Shown one piece after another: positions 52,825 through 61,302 of a stretch of 63,751 nt of DNA; the stretch's first letter is position 1; each line of letters starts with the position of its first letter. Position numbers and translations under genes: made by a program. The DNA lies in NCBI GenBank assembly GCA_020723935.1, contig DYHY01000001.1:51265-115015 (forward strand), read 5' to 3'. Origin of the DNA: Candidatus Micrarchaeum sp. (GTDB lineage: Archaea; SpSt-1190; DYHY01). The notes below the pieces were generated by a model. It saw only the letters and a list, made by a program, of their open reading frames with translations, was not told the origin of the DNA and did not search any database.

Positions 52825-53754
52825 ATGGCAGGACCTAGGTATGTGCTTTTCGCGGCCCTTGTGGCAGTCCTAATCGTCGCGCTCGTCGCGGCGCCGGCGT
52901 TCCCCGCGGGTGACGAGCCGGGCAGGGTGCAGGTCAGCGTCTACATCCTCAACATCGGCAAGTACAGCATAGAGAACGGGGCTTTCTCGGCCGACTTCTA
53001 CCTGGGCTTCAAGTGCCCCGCAGGCGACTGCAAGGACCTGAGGTTTGAGTTCATGAACGGCAAGGCCGACAGCATGGACAAGATGATAGACAAGGACAAC
53101 GAGACGTTCTACCGGGTGCAGGCGAGCCTCGTCACCCCGCCGGACCTCAAGAAGTTCCCGCTCGACAGCCAGAGGATCGAGATGCTCATCGAGGAGAAGA
53201 ACAGGGACAGCACCGAGGTCCTCTTCGAGCCCGACACGGCGGAGAGCGGGATAGACCCTGGGATCGCCTTCACCGGCTGGAAGATATCGGGCTGGAACGC
53301 CACGACCCGCGACCACGACTATCCGGTCTACGGCCAAACGTACAGCCAGTACGTCTTCTCAATAGGCCTCACGCGCATAATAATGAGCGCCGTCATGAAG
53401 ACGTTCCTACCCGTCCTCTTCATCCTCTTCTCGGCCTCCTTCGCCTTCCTCCTTGACCCCAAGGACGCGTCGACCAGGCTCACCGTCGCGATGTCCAGCC
53501 TCGTCGCGAGTGTCATGTACCACATATCGATATCGAGCCAGCTCCCGCCCGTGAGCTACCTAACGTTCGCGGACAGGTTCATGCTCGTCACGTACGTGAT
53601 ACTTATCCTCACCCTCCTCAATAGCATCGCCCTCCTGAAGGTGAGCAAGGAGAAGGACGACGAGAAGACGAGGAAGTTCGACCTCGCGACGAGGTACGTT
53701 TTCATCTTCCTCGCGCCCCTCGCGTACGCGCTGCTCTTCGTCTTTTTCAGATGA
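52825..53754 (+). CDS. Pentameric ligand-gated ion channel (GLIC/ELIC-like, Cys-loop receptor superfamily) homolog
   Basis: Signal peptide and a beta-rich ectodomain. FPLDSQRIEMLIE, IAFTGWKISGW, M1 LTRIIMSAVMKTFLPVLFILFSASFAFLL, M2-M3 ...LPPVSYLTFADRFMLVTYVIL, a short M3-M4 loop and M4 are all colinear with GLIC as I recall it. Confidence 0.75.
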   Translation: MAGPRYVLFAALVAVLIVALVAAPAFPAGDEPGRVQVSVYILNIGKYSIENGAFSADFYLGFKCPAGDCKDLRFEFMNGKADSMDKMIDKDNETFYRVQASLVTPPDLKKFPLDSQRIEMLIEEKNRDSTEVLFEPDTAESGIDPGIAFTGWKISGWNATTRDHDYPVYGQTYSQYVFSIGLTRIIMSAVMKTFLPVLFILFSASFAFLLDPKDASTRLTVAMSSLVASVMYHISISSQLPPVSYLTFADRFMLVTYVILILTLLNSIALLKVSKEKDDEKTRKFDLATRYVFIFLAPLAYALLFVFFR

Positions 53755-54497
53755 AAGGACGGCGCGGCGGCATAGTCGCGATAGGCGGCGGGGACCTTGG
53801 GAAGCTAGAGACCCTTCCAATAGACAGGAGGATCGTCGGGCTCTCGCGCAAGGCGCGGCCGCGCGCGCTCTTCGTGCCCACCGCCAGCGGCGATTCCGAA
53901 GGCTACTGGGAGGCGTTCAAGCAGGTGTATGGCGGGCGGCTGGGCTGCAGGACGGACGTGCTGTTCCTCCTGGGGAAAAGGAGGCCCGCCAGGAAGGAGA
54001 TCGGGCGGAAGATTTCCATCGCGGACATAATCTATGTCGGGGGCGGCAACACCCTCAGGATGATCAGGCTCTGGAGGCGCCTGGGCATCGACGTGCTCCT
54101 TGCCGGGGCGCTGTCGAAGGGATGCGTCCTCTGCGGCCTTTCCGCCGGGGCGATATGCTGGTTTAGGTACGGGACGAGCGACTCGAGGAAGTTCTGGGCG
54201 AAGCCCAGCAGCAGGGCGATGCGCGTCTCGGGCCTCGGGTTCGTGTGGGCGACTTTCAGCCCGCACCACAGGCGCGAGAAGGTGTGGAGGGACCGGGCGA
54301 TCGCAAGGACAATTGGAAGGACGCCGGGCGCGGGCCTGGCGGTCGACGACTGCGCGGCGATAGAAATCTCGGGCAGTAGGTACAGGATCCTGCGCTCAAG
54401 GAAGTCGGCGCGCGTCTTCAAGGTGATGCGCCGCGGACGGAAGATTTCCCGGACGAGGCCGCCCGGGAGCGGGGCCCTCGCGGATCTCCTGTCCTAG
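53751..54497 (+). CDS. Peptidase S51 family (dipeptidase E/cyanophycinase-like)
   Basis: YVGGGNT and the CGLSAGAICW nucleophile elbow are present. Its start overlaps the channel gene stop by 4 nt. Confidence 0.7.
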   Translation: MKGRRGGIVAIGGGDLGKLETLPIDRRIVGLSRKARPRALFVPTASGDSEGYWEAFKQVYGGRLGCRTDVLFLLGKRRPARKEIGRKISIADIIYVGGGNTLRMIRLWRRLGIDVLLAGALSKGCVLCGLSAGAICWFRYGTSDSRKFWAKPSSRAMRVSGLGFVWATFSPHHRREKVWRDRAIARTIGRTPGAGLAVDDCAAIEISGSRYRILRSRKSARVFKVMRRGRKISRTRPPGSGALADLLS

Positions 54498-56269
54498 GGC
54501 GCCTCGTTCCTTTCACGCCGGGGCTTCTTCCCCTTCTTTTCCTGGGGCCTGAGCTCGGGAAGCCAGGAGAACTTCTTCTGGAGGGACGCTGCGTAGAGCT
54601 TCCTCGGCTCCATGCCCATCGCCTTGGCCCAGGCGGAGTAGACGCGCGGGTCGATGTAGTTCCTCAGGGACGTGTTCAGGTTGTAGTCGCGCACGGCGAC
54701 GGAAAGCTCCAGCTCCCGCTTCACCCTGCCTATCCGCTTCGCTGCCTTCTTCCCCGCCGGCCCCTTCTCGAGGCCCGCGAGCTTCTCCCTCTTCTTCGCG
54801 AGCGCATCCTCCCACCCCTTGGGCGGCGTGCGCTTGTGGTTGCACACCTTCGCGGCGTCAAGGTTCGCCATCCTGCCCCAGTAGATCTTCTCGAACTCCG
54901 GAGCGGACCTGTCGACTGGCGCCCTGGCGAGGGACTCCCGGACGGTGCTCGTCGCGTGGAACGTCCTGAAGACCTTTGCAGACAGGCCCTTGGCGCAGGA
55001 CGAGAGGAAGCGGTTGACGCGCGAGGACGTGACACCGTCGAAGAGCGGGTCCTGCGGCCTCTTGCGCGAGAGCGCCTCCCTCAGGTAGGCTTCGAGGAGC
55101 CCGTCCTCTTCGGTCACGACCGATATCTCCTTCTGCCAACGCACGGAATCCTTCCCCAGGAAATCGAAGAGTATCTTCCCGCCGGAGAGCGAGACGTGCT
55201 CGGCGCGCAGGGTGGATGCGCCGACGGTGTCCGCCTCGTCCTTCTCCTTCTCGTCGCCGACGCGCATCGCCAGGCGGTCTATCAGGTAGGCGACGGCGGC
55301 AAGCTTCCTCGTCTCGGCATCCCTGGAACGCAGGGACCCGCTTATCGCGGAGCGCACCTGGGCGATCTTCTTGGAGAGCAGGCGGGCCTTGTCGTACTTG
55401 GCCATCTCGTTCTCCTGGCGGATCCGCGAGAGCTCGGATAGCCACATGTACTTCTCCTTCCCGGTGAGGCCGTCGATCCATGACGCGAGCCACGTCGACG
55501 TGTGATCGTGGACGACCGCCTTCCATTTCCCGGGCGGGACGGGCGCGCCCTCCCCGAGGTTGAGTATTATCTCCTCCGCGCACGCCTGGGGTTTCCAGCG
55601 CCCGCGCAGGGGATGCTGCCCGCGGCCCATGAAGAGCCCCGCGGGCTCCACGACGTATCCCGCACGCTCGACCCTCTGGCCGTCAACCTGCGCCCAGCCG
55701 TACCTCTCCTTGAGCTTCTCGCGGGCGGCCTTCCTTTCGGCGGCGATCGCCTTCTTCTCCTCCTTGGTCACCGCCGCTGCCGCGGCGCGCTCCTCGGCCT
55801 GCGCCCTCTCGATTTCAGAGATGTTCATCTCGCCGATCCCCAGGCCCTGCTGGAGTTCCGGCGGGAGGGTCTTTGCGAAATCGGAAAGGAAATTGTCGAC
55901 GAACGCGGGGTCGTCGCAGTAGGGCGTGCCCTTCTTCCTCGCAAAGGAAGCGAGCATCTCCTCCTGGAGGGGCGAGAGCTTGAATTGCTTCCCGCGGATT
56001 TTGACAAGGAAGCCGCGGAAAGCATAGGGCGGAGGGAATGCGACGCCCGCGTGGACAAGGGTCTTCCAGCGCGGCTTCTTGGAGGGGGCTTTGGGCGCGC
56101 CGGCTCCTGCGGCTCCTGCGGCTCCTGCGGCTCCTGTGGCTCCTGCGGCTCCTGCGGCTCCTGTGGCTCCTGTGGCTCCTGTGGCTCCTGTGGCTCCTGT
56201 GGCTCCTGCGGCTCCGCCGTCCTTCTCCTCCCTGCGCGCATCCTCTGCGGGGGTGTTTTCCGAAGACAT
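54494..56269 (-). CDS. top1: Eukaryote-type (long form) DNA topoisomerase IB
   Basis: [67 protein letters not shown] and the catalytic-Tyr region [11 protein letters not shown] are present. The N-terminus carries a Gly-Ala-Thr/Ala repeat. Confidence 0.9.
   Translation of the reverse strand: MSSENTPAEDARREEKDGGAAGATGATGATGATGATGAAGAAGATGAAGAAGAAGAGAPKAPSKKPRWKTLVHAGVAFPPPYAFRGFLVKIRGKQFKLSPLQEEMLASFARKKGTPYCDDPAFVDNFLSDFAKTLPPELQQGLGIGEMNISEIERAQAEERAAAAAVTKEEKKAIAAERKAAREKLKERYGWAQVDGQRVERAGYVVEPAGLFMGRGQHPLRGRWKPQACAEEIILNLGEGAPVPPGKWKAVVHDHTSTWLASWIDGLTGKEKYMWLSELSRIRQENEMAKYDKARLLSKKIAQVRSAISGSLRSRDAETRKLAAVAYLIDRLAMRVGDEKEKDEADTVGASTLRAEHVSLSGGKILFDFLGKDSVRWQKEISVVTEEDGLLEAYLREALSRKRPQDPLFDGVTSSRVNRFLSSCAKGLSAKVFRTFHATSTVRESLARAPVDRSAPEFEKIYWGRMANLDAAKVCNHKRTPPKGWEDALAKKREKLAGLEKGPAGKKAAKRIGRVKRELELSVAVRDYNLNTSLRNYIDPRVYSAWAKAMGMEPRKLYAASLQKKFSWLPELRPQEKKGKKPRRERNEAP
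56102..56215. repeat. Tandem 9-bp repeat ggctcctgy, about 12 units, inside the topoisomerase IB 5' coding region
   Basis: Read directly from the sequence. It encodes GATGATGATGATGATGAAGAAGATGAAGAAGAAGAG on the minus strand. Confidence 0.9.
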
Positions 56270-56294
56270 CGTCGTCGGATGCGCCCGGCCGCGC

Positions 56295-56305
56295 CTTTAA
56301 ATTAG
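56295..56305 (-). promoter_or_regulatory. TATA-like box for the topoisomerase IB gene
   Basis: cctttaaatta lies about 27 nt from ATG 56269. Confidence 0.45.
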
Positions 56306-56622
56306 TTTTTCGCGCTCTTCTCCTCCCGCCGTTCCCCGGCAGGACGCCCTGGCAAAGCCGGTAAATGGCGCCTCGCAAGCCCATTCAGGGCCATGAAATA
56401 AAAGGGGCGGGCGCGGCCAATGGGGGGAGAAGGGGGAAGATAGCGGACATAGAAGCAATCAAGAGGGCGGCTTTCGCGGCCCTTGCGGCAGGCTGGCGGG
56501 AGGAGGCGTCCGGAGCGCAGGCGGCTCCCTGCGAGCCGGAGGGATTCCCCTCGACGGAAAGATGAGGTCGCCCCCGGGGCGGCAATAACAGTTAATAATC
56601 CGGCCAGCGAGCGGACGGGGGC

Positions 56623-57585
56623 ATGGAAAGGCGCGCTCTCGGAAGGACCGGCCTGAAGGTCTCGGAAATCGGCTTCGGCTGCTGGGGGATAGGCAAGGGG
56701 ATGTGGAAGGCCGAGGACGCGACGTCGCGCCTCGCCCTGCAGGAAGCCCTCGGGTGCGGCATGAACTTCTTCGACACCGCCTTCGTCTACGGGAACGGCC
56801 ACAGCGAAAGCCTCGTCGCCGCCGAGACCGCCGGCGAGAAGGGCGTCGTCATAGCCTCCAAAGTCCCGCCCAAGAACAGGGAGTGGCCCGCACGCCTCGA
56901 CGCGCCCATAGGCGAGGTGTTCCCTGAGGAATACGTCTACGAGATGGGGATGCGCTCCTTCGAGAACCTGGGCCGGCGCAAGATGGACATTCTCCAGCTG
57001 CACGTGTGGAGCGACAGGTGGACGGACGAGCCGGCGTGGCGCAGGGCCTTCGCGCGCCTGAAGGACGAGGGCGCATGCGACTTCTTCGGCGTCTCGGTGA
57101 ACGACCACGCGCCCGGGACGGCGGTGAAGCTCGCAAAGAGCGGCTTCGTCGACAGCCTGCAGGTGATATACAACATCTTCGACCAGTCGCCGGAGGACGA
57201 GCTCTTCGACGCGGCGCGCGAGAACGGCGTCGGGATAATCGCGCGCGTGCCTCTGGACGAGGGCTCGCTTTCGGGGAAGTTCACCGAGGGGACGCGCTTC
57301 GACGACTGGAGGAGCCGCTACTTCACGCCCGAGCGGATGCCGGAGGTCGTGAGGCGGGTGGAGGCGCTGAGGAAGCTTCTGGAGAAGCCGGGAAGGACGC
57401 TCCCCCAGGCGGCCCTTGCGTTCTGCCTCTCCAACAAGGCCGTCTCGTCGGTGATACCGGGCATGAGGACCCTGGAGCACGTTAGGGCCAACGCGGCCGT
57501 CTCCGGGATGAGGCTTTCGAAGGGCGAACTCTCGGAAATCAAGAAGCACAGGTGGGACAGGAATTTCTACGGCAAGGACTACTAG
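56623..57585 (+). CDS. Aldo/keto reductase
   Basis: LGRTGLKVSEIGFGCWGIG, FFDTAFVYGNGHSE and VIPGMRTLEHV are present. 320 aa. Confidence 0.9.
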   Translation: MERRALGRTGLKVSEIGFGCWGIGKGMWKAEDATSRLALQEALGCGMNFFDTAFVYGNGHSESLVAAETAGEKGVVIASKVPPKNREWPARLDAPIGEVFPEEYVYEMGMRSFENLGRRKMDILQLHVWSDRWTDEPAWRRAFARLKDEGACDFFGVSVNDHAPGTAVKLAKSGFVDSLQVIYNIFDQSPEDELFDAARENGVGIIARVPLDEGSLSGKFTEGTRFDDWRSRYFTPERMPEVVRRVEALRKLLEKPGRTLPQAALAFCLSNKAVSSVIPGMRTLEHVRANAAVSGMRLSKGELSEIKKHRWDRNFYGKDY

Positions 57586-57616
57586 GTCCGGCGGCGGGAG
57601 AAAGGCGGGGCCGCGC

Positions 57617-58582
57617 GGCAGGATAGCAGTCATCGTCCCCGCTTTCAGGGACGAGGCGACGATAGGGAAATGCCTGCGGGCGGTTCTCTCTCAGAAGAAT
57701 GCCCCGCCGTTCTCCGTCTTCGTCGTGCTCGCGAAGGGGGCCAGCGAAGGCACCGTGCGCGAGGCGGAGGGGCTAGGCGGGCGCGTGAGGACGGTGAGGA
57801 CGAACAAGTCCACCGTTTCGGGCCAGCGCAACTTCGCCCTCGGCCTGGACGAGCGCAAGTACCCCCTCGTCGCATACACCGACCCAGACTGCATACCGGA
57901 AAAGGGATGGCTTTCAAGGCTTTCAGGAGAGCTTCCCGCCGACGCATCCGCGATCGGCGGCTCGGACCCATTCGAGGAGTTCCCGGGCAGGGCGTTCAAC
58001 GAGTTCGCGAGGGCGGACTGGAAGGGCAGGGTCTCGCCCAGGGGCTACACGAAGTGGCTGGACAGCAACAACCTGCTCCTTCGCACGGCCGACCTGAAGG
58101 CTGCGCGCGGCTTCGACGAGAGCTTCTCGTTCTGCTCGGACAGCGAGCTCTCCGCCCGGCTCGTGCGCTCCGGAAGGCGGCTCTATTTCGACCCGGCCGT
58201 GACATCCCAGCACCTGAAGAACTATACTGCGAGGTCGTTCGCGCGGGAGGCTTTCAAGTACGGCAGGAGCCACGCGATACTCTTCCTCTCGGGGCGCACG
58301 CACGGCGGCACGACTTCAGTCCATCCGGGCCTGTTCCTCGCGCTCCAGCCGGTCGCGATATCCTGCGCCGCCCTCCTCTGCGCCTTCGGGATGCGGGCCT
58401 GGGCGGCGGGAATCCTCGCGGTCCTTTCGATGGGGTGGCTCGCGTCGGCCGCCAAGGCGGGCCTGGGTCCCCGGAGATGGCCCGGGTTCCTCGCCCTGTC
58501 CGCGATGCGCTCGCTCATCTGGACGGCCGGCGGCCTTTCAGGCTCCCTAGAATTCGCCTTCCGGCGGCTTCATAGAAAATGA
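57617..58582 (+). CDS. Family 2 glycosyltransferase with C-terminal TM helices. No canonical start codon precedes the conserved N-terminus.
   Basis: Own translation upstream of track ORF 57725 in the same frame: RIAVIVPAFRDEATIGKCLRAVLSQ... (GT2 N-terminal motif). AYTDPDCIP (DxD-like) follows. There is no in-frame ATG, GTG or TTG between the AKR stop (57585) and 57725. Confidence 0.6.
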   Translation, partial: GRIAVIVPAFRDEATIGKCLRAVLSQKNAPPFSVFVVLAKGASEGTVREAEGLGGRVRTVRTNKSTVSGQRNFALGLDERKYPLVAYTDPDCIPEKGWLSRLSGELPADASAIGGSDPFEEFPGRAFNEFARADWKGRVSPRGYTKWLDSNNLLLRTADLKAARGFDESFSFCSDSELSARLVRSGRRLYFDPAVTSQHLKNYTARSFAREAFKYGRSHAILFLSGRTHGGTTSVHPGLFLALQPVAISCAALLCAFGMRAWAAGILAVLSMGWLASAAKAGLGPRRWPGFLALSAMRSLIWTAGGLSGSLEFAFRRLHRK

Positions 58583-59643
58583 CGCACGCGGCAGTCAGGC
58601 TGAAGGCGGCCGTAGCCAGGCGGGACGTCGCCGGCGCCTCGAACTTGAGCACCACGCGGCGAGGCGTCGGGGAGAACTATTTCCGTGAATATGTCCCCTG
58701 CCGCCGGCCCCACCGGGAGATCATTCCCGTCCGAATCGCGCGCCCTCCACTGCGGGGAATAGCGGGAGAGGACAACGAAGCTGTTCACGCCTCCGGACGA
58801 GAGGAATTCGAAGCGCCCCGCCTGCGCGCTCAGCGTGGAGACGCTGTCGGCGGGCCGCGCGTAGTTCTCCTCCGCGCCCCTGAGGACGAACCCGTAGATC
58901 CTCGCCTCGCCCCCCGCGGGGCTTTCGAAGAACTCCTCGAACGCTGGATCCGCCGAAAGGGCGTCCCTGAACTGGCCGCTCCAGACGTAGAGATATTTCA
59001 CGTTCGCCTTCCCGATCTCGGCGGAAAGCTCCCCGGGGGAGAAGGAGCTCACGGGGCGGCCGAAGACGGTCCCGTCGTAGGAGTTGGCGATCCTTCCCGT
59101 CCCTATGACCATCGAGGCCATCGGCCCCCCGAGGACCCATTTCCCAGTCAGGGTCGGGACGAGCGGGATCTGCCAGCCGCCGTAAATCTCCCTGGAAGAA
59201 TCCTCGAAAAGCACCTGGTAGTTCCCGGCGGGAAGGGACGCGACTGATTTGAGCGCCGAGCCGAAGGCCGCGTCCGGATGGGCCGCGAAGATCCCGTCCC
59301 GGGGCGAGACGTTCCCGTACCACGTCCCGAACACGCCCTTCCAGCCAGTCTCCGGCGGGGAGTTCACGTCGTCGAAGAGACCGTCCCCGCAGGCGGACGG
59401 GCAGCGCCAAGCGGACAGGAGGTATATTGAGAAGAACGCCGCGAAATACGCGACCGGGAGGATCGCCACGAACCTGGAGGCCGCGCGCCGCGAAGAGGAG
59501 ATCATCTTGTCCAGGAAGAGGACCGTGACGAAGGCGAGGCCAGGGAGTATCGCTAGGAACACACGCTCCAGGACAGCGAGCTTGAATATGACAGAAATGT
59601 CGAGCGCCTGGGCCACCGCTATGGCAGCGGCGGAGACGAACAC
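58570..59643 (-). CDS. Membrane-anchored protein with a large extracytoplasmic domain. A probable N-terminal extension runs to ATG 59735 in another frame.
   Basis: 357-aa ORF with two or three N-terminal TM helices. Upstream, MVWLPTYASFVLLAALSAAFFARRR (ATG 59735, TATA-like box at about 59760-59771) joins only after a 1-nt shift near 59651-59675. Confidence 0.45.
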   Translation of the reverse strand: MFVSAAAIAVAQALDISVIFKLAVLERVFLAILPGLAFVTVLFLDKMISSSRRAASRFVAILPVAYFAAFFSIYLLSAWRCPSACGDGLFDDVNSPPETGWKGVFGTWYGNVSPRDGIFAAHPDAAFGSALKSVASLPAGNYQVLFEDSSREIYGGWQIPLVPTLTGKWVLGGPMASMVIGTGRIANSYDGTVFGRPVSSFSPGELSAEIGKANVKYLYVWSGQFRDALSADPAFEEFFESPAGGEARIYGFVLRGAEENYARPADSVSTLSAQAGRFEFLSSGGVNSFVVLSRYSPQWRARDSDGNDLPVGPAAGDIFTEIVLPDASPRGAQVRGAGDVPPGYGRLQPDCRVRHFL

Positions 59644-59769
59644 GGCGAGGACCCCGAGGGCCGCCTCCTCGCGAAGAAGGCTGCCGAGAGGGCCGCGAGG
59701 AGGACGAAGCTTGCGTACGTCGGGAGCCAGACCATCTGGTGAGGGGAGGGCGGACGCACGCCTTTTAGA

Positions 59770-61236
59770 TTATTTCCTTCCCGGGGAGCGGGCGAGCGCC
59801 CCCTTGACGAAGATTCCGGCGGCTTCCGCGGCCTTCCTCGCGTAGAAGGCCGCCATCCCGGGGTTGAAATTCCCCCCCGAAAGGAGGGCGCGGCCCTGCA
59901 AGGACATCGCCTCCTTCTTCACCCGCAGAATCTCGGCCTCGGTTATCCCGGGAAGTCTGAGGACCGGCTCGTGGGAGGTCGAGCGGCGGTAGTCGTCGTC
60001 CGAATACAAGTGGAGGCAGTGCCTCTTCGCGATGAGGTAGAGCTCGGAGGCGGGATAGGGCGTCGGGATGGAGAAGGTGAAGTAGTCTATGAGCTTCTCG
60101 TCCAGGAGCTTCCCGATGAAGCGCAGCGTCGAGTGCGACTCCGCGACGCCCTCGTAGCGCAGCCTGCCCCGCTCCTCCCACACGTTGAAGCCCATGAAGA
60201 ACCCGAGGACCTTGACGCCGTTCCTCTTGAGCTTGCGGCAGGCGGAGATGATCTGGCGGACCGTTACCTGCTTCCTTATCCCCCGCAGGGTCGCCGGGTT
60301 CCCGCTCTCCATCCCGACGTTGGCGAGCCAGAAGCCTGCGGCCTTCATCTCGCGGGCGAGCTCCTCCGTCATCAGGTCCGCGCGGAACTGGGATTTGAGG
60401 GCGACGTCCAGATTGCGCGAGCGGATCTCCCTCAGCATCTCGACCGCCTTCTTGGGCACGAGGTTGAACTCGTCGCACCAGTCGTAGATCTCGCGTATTT
60501 TGTACTCCTTCGCGAGGATCTCGATCTCGTCGGCGACGTTCCCCGCGCTCCTCGGGCGGTAGACGGGGTTTCCCGAATCCCATGTCTTGGAGCAGAAGGT
60601 GCATTTGTACGGGCAGCCGCGCGAGGACATGATGGAGGTCTCGGGCTTTCTCAGGGCGTAGTAGTAGCCCGGATAGGACCTGATGTCCATGAGGTCGCGG
60701 GCGGGGAAGGGGAGGAGGTCGAGGTTTTTGATGAATTCCCGCGGTCGGTTGATGCGGACAGCGCCCTTCCCGTCCTTCCATGCGAGGCCGTCGATCCCGC
60801 CGAGGCGCGGGACGGGCTTGGAAATCTCGGCAAGGAGGGCGGGGAAAGTCTGCTCGGCCTCGCCCATCACGGCGTAATCGAACTCGCCCTTCGAGAGGGT
60901 TTCGCGCGGAAGGTAGGACGGGTGCGTGCCGCCGGCGATGAGGACGGCGCCGGGAAGGTCGTCCTTCAGCATCCGCGAGACGGCGAAAGCGTCGCCGGAG
61001 AAGAGGCTCTGGAAGGAGAGCCCTATGGCGTCGGGGGAGAATGAGCGCGCCTCGGAAAGGAACCGCTTGAGCCCGGACTTTTGGCCGTCGATCACCCTCA
61101 CCTCCCAGTCGGGGAGCCTCGCGCGGATCAAGGCCGCGAGATAGAGTATCCCCAGGGGCGGGTAGATGGGGGGATACGCTGTCACGCCCCCGCGGTCTAC
61201 CGCCGAGGGCGCCGTCGCAAGGAGGATTTTTCGCAT
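59770..61236 (-). CDS. B12-binding domain radical SAM protein
   Basis: MRKILLATAP... is the B12 domain. SSRGCPYKCTFC and VGMESGNPATL are present. 488 aa. ataaaagc box lies 26 nt upstream. Confidence 0.85.
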   Translation of the reverse strand: MRKILLATAPSAVDRGGVTAYPPIYPPLGILYLAALIRARLPDWEVRVIDGQKSGLKRFLSEARSFSPDAIGLSFQSLFSGDAFAVSRMLKDDLPGAVLIAGGTHPSYLPRETLSKGEFDYAVMGEAEQTFPALLAEISKPVPRLGGIDGLAWKDGKGAVRINRPREFIKNLDLLPFPARDLMDIRSYPGYYYALRKPETSIMSSRGCPYKCTFCSKTWDSGNPVYRPRSAGNVADEIEILAKEYKIREIYDWCDEFNLVPKKAVEMLREIRSRNLDVALKSQFRADLMTEELAREMKAAGFWLANVGMESGNPATLRGIRKQVTVRQIISACRKLKRNGVKVLGFFMGFNVWEERGRLRYEGVAESHSTLRFIGKLLDEKLIDYFTFSIPTPYPASELYLIAKRHCLHLYSDDDYRRSTSHEPVLRLPGITEAEILRVKKEAMSLQGRALLSGGNFNPGMAAFYARKAAEAAGIFVKGALARSPGRK

Positions 61237-61302
61237 TCCTGTCGCGGCAGCTCGGAGTGCGGCTTTTATCTCTTTTCGGGGGAAAGAAGCGGCGGGCCTC
61301 TT

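Noticed and set aside
56102-56215. CRISPR-like regular repeats
   Set aside because: The unit is only 9 bp with no spacers. It lies in frame inside the topoisomerase IB coding sequence.
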